Source of the DNA: a virus
Taxonomy: Duplodnaviria > Caudoviricetes
Length of the DNA: 64,000 nucleotides
IMG/VR virus record: IMGVR_UViG_3300024249_000001
Location: 935 to 64,934 of that record
Reading direction: 5' to 3' (one strand)
Translations under genes and position numbers: made by a program
Part shown: piece after piece, positions 8,989 through 18,300 of the stretch
How the letters are laid out: every line of letters starts with the position of its first letter
Numbering within the stretch: the stretch's first letter is position 1
Notes under the pieces: generated by a model
The model's input: the letters and a program-made list of their open reading frames with translations, nothing else
The model's database searches: none
What the model was told of the DNA's origin: nothing

Positions 8989-9704
8989 TCGCGCGAAATA
9001 ATCTGGCCCTGACCAAGCTAGCGATCAAGAGCGTCCAGGCTCAGGACCTCCCGGTCGAGATCCTGGTGGTCGACAACCACTCGAACGATGGCACCGCGCA
9101 ATGGCTCCGGACCAAGTCGCTCACGGTGATCTCAGCGCCGGAGCAATGGAGTCTCGCAAGATGCTGGAACACCGCGCTCGCGGCGCTCTGGCGCGCAGGA
9201 TGGTCGAAGGCGCTCGTGTGTAACAACGACATCGAACTGCGGCCGGACACGGTGAGCCAGCTCAATCGGCACGGCGGGAAGTTCGTGACGGCTGTGAGCG
9301 TCAACCGCCCGGAGCAGTTGGTAGATGAGTCGAACGTCCTGCATGACTGGAATGAGCGTGAGCACCCGGACTTCTCTTGCTTCATGATCTCCCGGCGCGT
9401 GACCGACCGCGTGGGCTGGTTCGACGAGCGCTACTTCCCGGCGTATTGCGAAGACTCGGACTATCACGTCCGGATGTTCCGGGCCGGAATCCGGGCAGTG
9501 TGCGTGGACATCCCGTTCCTGCACCACGGAGCTTCCACGATCAAGACCGCCGGGGCTGGCGAGACCGCCAGGATCCGGCGCGGTGCGGACGCGAATCGGG
9601 AACGGTTCCGGCTTGTGTATGGATGCTTGCCGGGATCGGACGCGTATCAGGACCTGTTCCGCGAGTCGGAGAATGCCGCAAATGCGCAGACTTCAAAAGC
9701 TTAA
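8943..9704 (+). CDS. GT2 glycosyltransferase
   Basis: VVDNHSNDG, CNNDI and FDERYFPAYCEDSD motifs. Confidence 0.88.
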   Translation: MVGKGIARRPIPVVLIARNNLALTKLAIKSVQAQDLPVEILVVDNHSNDGTAQWLRTKSLTVISAPEQWSLARCWNTALAALWRAGWSKALVCNNDIELRPDTVSQLNRHGGKFVTAVSVNRPEQLVDESNVLHDWNEREHPDFSCFMISRRVTDRVGWFDERYFPAYCEDSDYHVRMFRAGIRAVCVDIPFLHHGASTIKTAGAGETARIRRGADANRERFRLVYGCLPGSDAYQDLFRESENAANAQTSKA

Positions 9705-9934
9705 AGAGTGTGCAGAATGGCTTGCCTTCTGCCTTTCTATAGGCTGGAGGCGGGACCAATTAGACGCACTTGAGGCCCTATGGTGGCAATATCACGAAAC
9801 CGATCCGGCTGCGGAGGCGAAAACATCAGGCGGGAATGCCGCAAGGGAGAGGGAATGCTACACGCCATAGACACGCTGGTAGCTATTTGGCTCTCGATCT
9901 GGCTGTACGATTACGCGGTTGCAAGGAGACGTAA

Positions 9935-10111
9935 ATGAGCGACCGGCCAAGGACGATCACGGCAGAGCGGGAACTGACTAAGGGCGAGCGCATCTGTTTC
10001 GAGCGCGGCTATCACGATGAGGAGGAGTTCATCGATCCTAAGTCTGGCGGCTTCACGCGCTGTAAGGACTGTGGCCGCGATGTGGACCGCGAAGAAAGCG
10101 AGGAATGGTAA
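9935..10111 (+). CDS. small hypothetical protein (MSDRPRTIT...)
   Basis: Read manually; AAGGAG upstream; CxxC near the C-terminus. Confidence 0.5.
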   Translation: MSDRPRTITAERELTKGERICFERGYHDEEEFIDPKSGGFTRCKDCGRDVDREESEEW

Positions 10112-10453
10112 ATGAGCGAGCGCCCCAGGACGATGACGATACACCCGGAGGAAACCTGCCAGCAGTGCGGTGGCAAGAACGTAGTCTGGTTCGCTCCCAA
10201 TGATATTTGGAACGCAGTAGTTGGCTCCGAAAGTGGGCTGCTTTGTCCAGTGTGTTTTATCGGACTTGCCGACACTAAAGGACTATACCAGGGCGGAGGT
10301 TGGATGATTACACCAGAGCGCGCCGCCCAAGACTCCAGCGAGCAGACCATCCGGGAGCAGTGCGCCAAGATCACGGAGGATTATGGCCGAACAATTCCTG
10401 CCGCGCGAATGTTCGCGGATCGGATTGCGGCGGCGATAAGGAGCGGGAAATGA
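10112..10453 (+). CDS. hypothetical protein with Cys pairs
   Basis: CQQCG and LCPVC motifs. Confidence 0.6.
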   Translation: MSERPRTMTIHPEETCQQCGGKNVVWFAPNDIWNAVVGSESGLLCPVCFIGLADTKGLYQGGGWMITPERAAQDSSEQTIREQCAKITEDYGRTIPAARMFADRIAAAIRSGK

Positions 10454-11055
10454 GCGATGGCGCACGATGTTTCTACTGCAAGAAGTCTCCCCGCGAATGC
10501 AAGGAGTTATGCCCGTACTGCGGATACGCTTTACCGAACCATAACGCCGTCTGTATAGGGGCAGAGCGCGAGCTTCTGCAATCCCAACTGGACAACACCA
10601 GACGCGATCTAGCGGAAGGGAATCGGCAGAACGCAAAGATGCTGGAGCAGTCCCTCGCCGATCAGCAGACGATCCAGAGGCTAGAGGCGGAGTTGGCGCA
10701 GGCGCAAAAAATGGACGATGAGCTAACGGATTCCCTCAACCGCACGCTTGAATACGCGCGCCAAATTGCGGGACGGCGCGACGTTCACAGCGTGGAGGAA
10801 GTTCTGGATGAATTGCGGAGCCAGCATCAGCAAGAGCGAGAACTCTCGGATCAGTTGGCGGCGGCGCTGAAGATTGCCGAGCACAACGCCAAGCACAACC
10901 GAATCGATGGCACGCAATGCTGGACGACCTGCTCAGCTTGTGTATATGAGGCCGCACTCTCCGCGCACGCAGCGATGAGGGCTACTGCTGCCCGTAGTTC
11001 GGGAACAGATTCCGCATCTCCGTCCCTCCCTCGTGCTGATAGTGATAGCCGATAA
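10450..11055 (+). CDS. coiled-coil/Zn-ribbon hypothetical protein
   Basis: ATGA overlap; CxxC motifs and heptad region. Confidence 0.55.
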   Translation: MSDGARCFYCKKSPRECKELCPYCGYALPNHNAVCIGAERELLQSQLDNTRRDLAEGNRQNAKMLEQSLADQQTIQRLEAELAQAQKMDDELTDSLNRTLEYARQIAGRRDVHSVEEVLDELRSQHQQERELSDQLAAALKIAEHNAKHNRIDGTQCWTTCSACVYEAALSAHAAMRATAARSSGTDSASPSLPRADSDSR

Positions 11056-11329
11056 TATCGCGCTTCTGCTCTGCGCTCAGGCTCATCCAAACGAAACGTG
11101 GTAGCGCGATATAGATCCACCGCGGCGTACCGGACTTGGTGAAGTATCCAATCCGGTCGATCACCCGGATGGTCACAGCTACTGGATCGCCAAGGATACG
11201 GGCGGTCACTAGGTTCGACGGGGCCGGGAACGGATCTCCGGCTTCGTAGTCCATCCCCAGCACTAGACCGGCTTGCTTGGCAATGTCCGTTGTGAACGCG
11301 GCGGGATTGCGGTTGGCGTCCGTTCTCAC
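10982..11329 (-). CDS. candidate small endolysin-like protein
   Basis: N-terminal RNP motif and C-terminal HEGG loosely recall phage lysozyme-like proteins; last gene of a membrane-protein-rich block. Confidence 0.35.
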   Translation of the reverse strand: MRTDANRNPAAFTTDIAKQAGLVLGMDYEAGDPFPAPSNLVTARILGDPVAVTIRVIDRIGYFTKSGTPRWIYIALPRFVWMSLSAEQKRDIIGYHYQHEGGTEMRNLFPNYGQQ

Positions 11330-11529
11330 GGTACTGGTTGGATCTGATGAAGCTGCGCTATCACTTGCTCAACTGTCTGCCCCTTGGACGCAGCTAAAGC
11401 GGCGATAGAGGAGCCGACGATCTTCTCAAGCTCCAGCGCCAAGGCAGCGAATGGCGTGGCCGGAGACGGCACCACAGCCACCGCAGCAGTCACACCTTCA
11501 AGCCATGCTAGTACAGTAGTGCTGTTCAT
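11326..11529 (-). CDS. small amphipathic protein (lysis-cassette candidate)
   Basis: Coupled overlaps; hydrophobic N-terminus. Confidence 0.5.
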   Translation of the reverse strand: MNSTTVLAWLEGVTAAVAVVPSPATPFAALALELEKIVGSSIAALAASKGQTVEQVIAQLHQIQPVP

Positions 11530-11969
11530 TTTACGCTCCCCGCTAGCGCAATAGCTTTCTGTACGATGTCCGTGATCTGCGACTGGATCGCGGCAGGGTC
11601 TGGGTTCTTGCCTGCCACTACGTCCGCATGGAAGCTGAGATAAGCAGTCTCGGCTAAGTTGTACCCCGCGATGACTTGGTTGATCTGCGGCTTGAACGTA
11701 GGATGCGTCACTGCGAGATCACGCAGGCCAATGGTAGGCGGGATGGTGCTCGGATCACCCTCGATTGCCTTCTGTGCCACCAGGAGAGACTTGGACATAT
11801 TAAGGTCAACCGACTGGATGGGCGCTGGTGTATTTGGGTTGGTAGCGCTTCCGCCGCAGGACGCAAGAAGGAGCGAGAGAGCAAGTAGTCCGCGCATCCC
11901 CCAGCGTTTGCGCGGGCACAGAAAGCCACTATTACATGTCTGGGACGGCATCTTTGCTTTCGCAATCAT
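11526..11969 (-). CDS. lipoprotein (possible spanin component)
   Basis: LLALSLLLASC lipobox; alternative start at 11897. Confidence 0.6.
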   Translation of the reverse strand: MIAKAKMPSQTCNSGFLCPRKRWGMRGLLALSLLLASCGGSATNPNTPAPIQSVDLNMSKSLLVAQKAIEGDPSTIPPTIGLRDLAVTHPTFKPQINQVIAGYNLAETAYLSFHADVVAGKNPDPAAIQSQITDIVQKAIALAGSVK

Positions 11970-12424
11970 TAGAGGACCGTTCCCGGAGGCGCGGCTTCCT
12001 GTCCCGCGCTGGCGTTCTGGTTCGCTCCGCTCGGACTCGCCGGATGCCCGCCGTACAACTGCCCGGTGCCCATGACCCAGGCCATGAACACGCTCCAGGT
12101 CTGGGGATCTCCGGAGTTCACCGGGATCTGCACGAGCTTGTTGAAGCAGTCCGCACAGGCGGAATCTGCTGCGCCCTTGGCGTCCCATCCCGGGGGAACA
12201 TACGGCACCGGGAAGTTGTGATCGAAAAACGAGTGCGCGTAGGCTTCCATCGCGGTGATATACGCCTGCGGATTCGCGTACTCCGGCGCAGGCGTGGCCG
12301 CAATGAAGTAGCTGGTGGGATTCTGCAAGCTCACCCAGACGTTATCGGCGAGCATGAAGTCTCCGGTGGTGGGGAAGTCGTTGCGGTTCGGGCGGGGAAG
12401 TTCTCCAGGATTGATCCAGTTCAT
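11969..12424 (-). CDS. hypothetical protein
   Basis: TAATG coupling to the lipoprotein gene. Confidence 0.55.
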   Translation of the reverse strand: MNWINPGELPRPNRNDFPTTGDFMLADNVWVSLQNPTSYFIAATPAPEYANPQAYITAMEAYAHSFFDHNFPVPYVPPGWDAKGAADSACADCFNKLVQIPVNSGDPQTWSVFMAWVMGTGQLYGGHPASPSGANQNASAGQEAAPPGTVL

Positions 12425-12445
12425 GAGCGATACTAACATTAATCC

Positions 12446-13063
12446 ATGCCTAAGGGAATGGTGAACTTCGCGCTCGCGGGGCTGATCCTGGGGCTGAAAC
12501 TATGGCTGCTGCCGAGGTTCTTGCTGATGCCGGGGATGCTCTGCTACCTGAGCGCGTCTGCGGTCGAGACCGGATGTTACCTGCTGGGCTGGAACGCTCC
12601 GAGCTGGTCAGCGTCGGTGAACGTCCTCGCGATGCTCGCGGTGATCGAGGCTCCCGCGTGGGCGATTGGGATGCAGTCGGATCAGGAGCGCTCAGCGGTC
12701 CGGAAGTGGTGCTGGACGCTGGGAACGACAATATGTGCGGCAGGCGTACTGGGACAACCAATCATCTACCCAAATTACGTCGCCAGTGTTTATCTGATAC
12801 GTTTGTATTGCGCGTTGTTCTGTGTAGGCTACCTGTCCGCGCTTCTCGGCTACTGCTGGACTAACGCGCTCGGCGTCCAGCGCTATGTTATCCATGCTTC
12901 CATCCTGCTCCTGCGGCTCGGGACCTTCGGCGCGCTGCTCCTGGTGCATGACCGCTCCCGATGGTTCCAAGCGGACCTGGCCGGAGAGTTCGTGAACATC
13001 CTCACCCTAACCGCGTGGCTCTGGCTTATTCCCAGGAGAGCTCCGGCCCAGCTGCTCGCCTAA
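12446..13063 (+). CDS. polytopic membrane protein (about 6-7 TM), opposite strand to its neighbours
   Basis: Repeated hydrophobic segments across 205 aa. Confidence 0.6.
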   Translation: MPKGMVNFALAGLILGLKLWLLPRFLLMPGMLCYLSASAVETGCYLLGWNAPSWSASVNVLAMLAVIEAPAWAIGMQSDQERSAVRKWCWTLGTTICAAGVLGQPIIYPNYVASVYLIRLYCALFCVGYLSALLGYCWTNALGVQRYVIHASILLLRLGTFGALLLVHDRSRWFQADLAGEFVNILTLTAWLWLIPRRAPAQLLA

Positions 13064-13372
13064 CGTGTCGGCTATCTCCAGCAACTTGTCTCGTGTCTCG
13101 CGTTTCAGCGTCCGCAGATCCCCCTCGACCCGCTGGAACCTGCGGTGGTTATCTCCGCGATCGATGTCGACGGTCGAGGCGAGGCCCTGGAGTTCTTCGA
13201 CTGCATTGTTCATCACCCGGCGCATTTCCATGTTCTGACGCTCCAGTCTCACGATGCGATCAGAGTGGTTTACGTTACGCGCGCGGAAGTAGGAGCGCAC
13301 GGCTGCGGCGGCCGCACCCAAGCCGCCCAGCCATTTAGCCGCTTCGCTCCATCCCGCTTGCTGTTCAGACAT
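13007..13372 (-). CDS. N-terminal TM plus coiled-coil protein (i-spanin/holin-like)
   Basis: WLGGLGAAAAAV helix followed by a coiled coil. Confidence 0.5.
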   Translation of the reverse strand: MSEQQAGWSEAAKWLGGLGAAAAAVRSYFRARNVNHSDRIVRLERQNMEMRRVMNNAVEELQGLASTVDIDRGDNHRRFQRVEGDLRTLKRETRDKLLEIADTLGEQLGRSSPGNKPEPRG

Positions 13373-13517
13373 CGGCGCACTCTGAGGCCTCGATTACTCC
13401 TTCGGACTCTTAGACGGTTTAGGGTCGGGTGGTGCTACAGGATGATCTTTCTTGGGCTTCGGTTCGGTCGGCGCGTTACCGCCGCCGCTCGGTGGCCCCG
13501 GAGGTGGATCAGGCATA

Positions 13518-13859
13518 TTATTTGTCTCCTTTGTCTTCAACTGCATCTTTAACGTCGCCAGCTTCTACTGTGACCTTAGATGGGGCAGAGGGCATGGGAA
13601 TCACCGGATCATCCGGGCCTGCTCCCTTGGGTTTGATTCGCATCAGGAGTGCGCCCGAGAATCCCGTGACCAGGGAAGCTACGATTTGGAAAGTCTGGCC
13701 GTCGCTCTTTAGGAACACTGCGGTCCAAAGCAACACGCCAACGAATATCAGAATAAGAAAGGTGAGAAGCAGTACAACCGAATCCAGCCTATCAGACGTT
13801 TTAATCTCGCTCACTGCTTTCCTCCACCCAAGAGGGCGGATTTTTATAACCGCCCTCAT
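13518..13859 (-). CDS. two-TM membrane protein (holin-like)
   Basis: Two TM helices and a charged tail; TATACT 8 nt upstream of the ATG. Confidence 0.6.
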   Translation of the reverse strand: MRAVIKIRPLGWRKAVSEIKTSDRLDSVVLLLTFLILIFVGVLLWTAVFLKSDGQTFQIVASLVTGFSGALLMRIKPKGAGPDDPVIPMPSAPSKVTVEAGDVKDAVEDKGDK

Positions 13860-13899
13860 TGGATGAAAGTATACACTAATTCAACGGATTAGCTAAAGC

Positions 13900-14169
13900 T
13901 TATGCAGTTGGGAGCGGAGGCGGAGTGGGAACCGGAGTTCCGGGGGGAGTGGTCGAGATCGCGTTCGCCTGCGCGACCAGGGCCTGCGAGGTCGCTTGGA
14001 TCTGGTCGAGCGCGGCCTGGTCGGCGGGGCTCAGGGTCCCAGGGGAGTTCTGAAGTTGCGTGATCAGGTCGTCGAGGGTCTTGATGCCTGCGCTCAGCGC
14101 AGTGAGCGCGGTTCCGAGCGAGGCGAGAATCGGCCCCTCGGCGTTGATGAAGTCTTGAACGGTTGCCAT
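13900..14169 (-). CDS. hypothetical helical protein
   Basis: Paralogous to the adjacent gene at 14175-14396. Confidence 0.6.
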   Translation of the reverse strand: MATVQDFINAEGPILASLGTALTALSAGIKTLDDLITQLQNSPGTLSPADQAALDQIQATSQALVAQANAISTTPPGTPVPTPPPLPTA

Positions 14170-14174
14170 GGTGA

Positions 14175-14396
14175 TTATCCTTTCGGGGTTGGTGGAGGGA
14201 TTGTGGATATTGCCTGCGCTTGTTGGAGGAGCGCACGCGATGTTTGGAGAATCTGCTCCAGCCCCTGCCGGTCGGTGGTTGAGAGCGTGCCCTGGAGGGT
14301 CATGACGATCGCGTTCAGCAGGTCCTGTGCGTTCGGGTCGAACGAGATCACTAGGTTTAGGGTCTGCGGCTGCGGGCCGTGGTCGTGGTCGCTCAT
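14175..14396 (-). CDS. hypothetical helical protein
   Basis: GTLS..D...L.QI..TS.AL..QA.AIST shared with 13900-14169. Confidence 0.55.
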   Translation of the reverse strand: MSDHDHGPQPQTLNLVISFDPNAQDLLNAIVMTLQGTLSTTDRQGLEQILQTSRALLQQAQAISTIPPPTPKG

Positions 14397-14398
14397 GG

Positions 14399-14606
14399 CT
14401 AAGGGTGCCTGTAGGGGAAGAGTCCAGGGCCCGCGGGGAGCATCCCGATCAGCCAGTAGATGGCGAAGATCACGATCACCACGATCATGATGATGCGGAC
14501 GATATTCTGCGGGGGTTCCGGGATGAACCGCAGGAGATAAAACAGTAGGCCGATGATCAGGCCGAAGATCAGAACGTAGAGCAGGGCGTAGAGCAATCCT
14601 GGCATG
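14399..14606 (-). CDS. two-TM membrane protein
   Basis: MPGLLYALLYVLIFG...; strongly hydrophobic. Confidence 0.65.
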
Positions 14607-14659
14607 GTGCACGTCCTTTCAAGTACCGAGAGTACCACGTTGCACGCCGGACGCCAATG

Positions 14660-14899
14660 CTAGGAAGGATGGGATTTCTCCTCCGCAATCCCGGCGAGCT
14701 TTCCCTCGGCGAGCGCGGCGGTCTTGATCACTTCTTGCATCTTTTCCATCTTGCCGTTCACGTCGTTCCGCACGACCTCGATGGCTTGTTTTGTTTCCGC
14801 GTGATTCCGGTCGCCCCAGATTTTAACCGCCGCCGCTACTATCGCGAGCGCGATGGTCTGCACGGCTCCCACAATGATCAGCACGCTCGGATCGGACAT
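14660..14899 (-). CDS. TM plus coiled-coil small protein
   Basis: N-terminal TM followed by EVVRNDVNGKMEK. Confidence 0.6.
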   Translation of the reverse strand: MSDPSVLIIVGAVQTIALAIVAAAVKIWGDRNHAETKQAIEVVRNDVNGKMEKMQEVIKTAALAEGKLAGIAEEKSHPS

Positions 14900-15324
14900 T
14901 AGGGCCTAATGCGTACTTTAGCACTTCCCGGACTCGCGGCGAGGTTGACGGCGTGGTTCGAGATCGTCGCCTGGGGCGCGGCGAGCGTGACCGTCACGCA
15001 CGGGGAGTTCCCCGGGCAGGTAAAAGTGGACGGGAGAGAAATGGTCACCGTCGCGATCGTCCCGGGCCGGATGAACGAGGCGTTCATGCCCAGGAGGAGC
15101 ATCTTGCCCTGGTACGCGCTGGCGCTCTTGTCCGGCGGGAGCGCCCTCACGGCCATCCCGGTGGTGGGGGTGTTCACACTGATGGTCCACTGGTAGGTAG
15201 TCGCGCCGATGGTCGCGGTTGTGACCGAACACACGAGAGGCTTGGCGCTGGTGGACGGGCAGACGATGCCCACCTGGGACCAAACGGGAAGGGCTAAGGC
15301 TAGCAACGCGAGCAGGAGCTTCAT
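14899..15324 (-). CDS. secreted cohesin-like protein
   Basis: Signal peptide MKLLLALLALALPVWS-Q; YQWTI..., DKSA..., LLGMNASFIRPGTIATV resemble acidobacterial cohesin-type domains. Confidence 0.55.
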   Translation of the reverse strand: MKLLLALLALALPVWSQVGIVCPSTSAKPLVCSVTTATIGATTYQWTISVNTPTTGMAVRALPPDKSASAYQGKMLLLGMNASFIRPGTIATVTISLPSTFTCPGNSPCVTVTLAAPQATISNHAVNLAASPGSAKVRIRP

Positions 15325-18300
15325 GGCCCGATCACGCATCCCTGGCCCAGGCTCGCGTTCACGACCCGCTGGACATCCGTCGCGGAGCAGGACCCGGACT
15401 GAGTGATCGAGTTGGTGCACCCCACGATCCCCAGGGCCATGTTGGTCTGGAGCTGGATGTCCAGGACATTGGGCAGGACTGGCGGAACCGCGTGAGTCGC
15501 CGGCGCGCAGGTGGGCAGCGGCGGAGTCACTCCCGCAATGGTGATGCTAAACGGCGAAGGCCCCGCGACGCCGAACGTGTTCGTCGCGGTCACGTTGAAG
15601 CTGGTCGTCCCGGAGACGGATGGTGTGCCGGTGAGGATCCCGGTGATCCCCAGAGTGGCCCAGGACGGCAGACCAGTGCTAGTCCAATTAATCGGCGTCG
15701 TCCCAGTCGCGCGAAACGTGTAGGAGTACGGAGTCCCCACCGCGCCATTGGGCAGCGGGCTGACGCTAGTGATAATCGGGGCGAGGTTCGGATTCGCAAT
15801 GGTGAGTGTGAAGGTCCGGGGGCCATCGCTCCCAGTGCTATTGGTAGCGGTCACGGCGAAGGAACTGGACGCCGCGGTGGGAGGAGTTCCGGTCAACGCT
15901 CCCACTGAAGAGAGCGATGCCCAGCTTGGGAGCCCCGTAGCGCCCCAGGTAATCGGTGCTGTGCCCGTTGCCGTGAACTGATAGGAATAAGCCGTGCCCG
16001 CAGTTGCGCCCGGTAGCGGAGTGGTGCTGGTGATGGACGGTGCGACCCCCGTCACCGTGAGACTGAAGTCGTGCGGCCCGTCGCTCCCCGTGCCGTTCGT
16101 TGCGGTGACGTGGAGAGTGCTCACAGCGACGGCGTTCGGAGTTCCGGTGAGCATCCCGGCGCTCGAGAGCGATGCCCATCCCGGGAGTCCCGTTCCGCTC
16201 CAGGTGATCGGCGCAGAGCCTCCGGCGGCAAACTGGAACGAATACCCCGTGCCCAACGTGCCGTTCGGGAGTGGGCTAGTGGAGGTGATCGTGGGCGCGA
16301 CGGGAGGTGTGACGACCGTGAGACTGAAGTTATGCGGGCCATCGGTCCCCGCGACATTCGACGCTGTTACTGCCAGAATCGTCGTGGTGCTGACGTTCGG
16401 CGTCCCGGTCAGAAGGCCGCTAGCCGATAGGCTCGCCCATGCAGGGAGTCCCGTGGCGGACCATGTGACCGGGCTGGTGCCGGTCGCGGCAAATTGGAAT
16501 GAGTACGGAGTCCCATTTGTCCCGCCAGGCAGTGGACTCATGCTGGTGATCACTGGCGGGATTCCGGCGATCGTGAGGGAGAAGTTCGTCGGCCCAGCGC
16601 TCCCGGCGGAGTTCGTCGCGCGGACGGACATGGTGGTAGTGGCGACGGCGTTCGGCGTCCCGTTCAGCAAACCCGCAGAGGACAAGGTCGCCCAGCTAGG
16701 TAAGCCAGTTGCGCTCCAGGTGATCGTCCCGGAGCCAGTCGCGGCGAATGCAAACGAGTACGGAGTGCCGATGGTCCCAGACGGGAGCGGATTCGTGGTG
16801 GTGATCACCGGCGCGCTAGAGGCGAGGCGCCATCCCAGGGCGTTGTCGATCCCAGGCGCGCCAAACGCCTCCCCGTAGTTCTTGCCCAGAATGGTGATGT
16901 TATCGGCGCCGAGGTTCCCGAACAGACAAGGCGGAGTGTTGACCGGACTCGTTGTGTTGCAATTCGCCGCCGCTTCCCAGGTGTCCGTCACCAGGCCATC
17001 GCAGGCTGGACCGGAGCACGGCAAGGTCTTCAGGCCCTCGTTGGCCGCGCTGGTGAGGCCCGCGGTGGGACCGCCCAGCTGAGCCGCAAGGCACTCATTC
17101 GTCCAAGCCAGGTAGGTCGCATTGAATGTCTGCGCGTAGAGCCATGCGATCCCGCCGCAGACTGTACGGGTCAGGTTCCGGTCCCCGGTGCCGTTGTTGC
17201 AGTAGGTCGCCGAGGAATGGCAAGCAGCGGAGGCGCTCGGCGCATAAGCCACCGCGCTCCCGCTGAGGTTCCCAATCTCCCCGTAGAGCCCGTAAGGAAC
17301 CGTGAGCGTCGCGTGCGTGTTATCGGCGCAGGAGGAGAACTTGTAAATCGTCCGCGGGGTGTTCAAGCCGATGAATGGGTTCGAGGTGCACTGCGCTAGG
17401 AAATTCGTCCCGCTCCCGACAATGCTTGTCGAGCCATGAGTGATGGCCACGGTCCCGGCGCCGGGAGAGATGGTCAGCTGATCGTTGGACTGCGAGTTGA
17501 CCTCGTAGTAGATCCCCCGGTTCGAAGTGTCGCGGCCATAGTTGTTCTGCCAAGTTACGGCCTTGGTGATCACCGCTAGGGTCGCCGCAGCGAGCGACGG
17601 GTTGTTGCATCCTTGTGCTCCATTATCGTTCAGGGACTCGTAGGACGCTTCCATGGCTTTGACGTTGATCGCCTCGCGCCACGGCGCCCCAGGATAGAGA
17701 AACGGACTTGCGAACGCTTTGGGGGCCGCCACGAAAGTTGGATTTATCTCATACTCCGCCTCTGGCCACGATCCATCCGGAGCCTGAACGGAGTTCCAGA
17801 TCGACGTGTAGGTCGAGAGCCAGGAGCAATACTGGGCGTGCCGGGTCGGGTCGGTGTCTACTTTCGCACCGAGCGCGATGTCCCAGAGCACATATCCGGC
17901 TTCGCGATTGTCGATGGCTGGGCTTGCGGAAGGGTCGGCCCATCGCGGAATTTCGCTAGAGATCCAAGTGTAGAGTCCAGGAAGGCGCTCTGTGTGCCCC
18001 TCAGTCACGCGGAAGAACTGCGAGATCATCGCCGCCGCCCGGGGAGCGAGCTGCCTGCGGTATCCGTGGTCGAGCGTCCACTGCCACTGAATGTCAGCAT
18101 AGGCGCGGGCTTGCGTGAGATACGTCGCGTTCCCGGTGCGAATCCACAGCCGATAGAGCGCGATCGCCACGTCGTAATAGTTCCAGACCGTCGAAGGATT
18201 CTCCGTCGTCCAGCATTGGAAGTCGCAGCCGTAGCTATTGGGCGGTGGCATCAGGTAGCCTGTCATGCCGGATTGCGACGGCTGCTGAAAGTCTCCATCG

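Noticed and set aside
12446-13063. Microbial rhodopsin
   Set aside because: No retinal-binding Lys (DxxxK) in the last helix.
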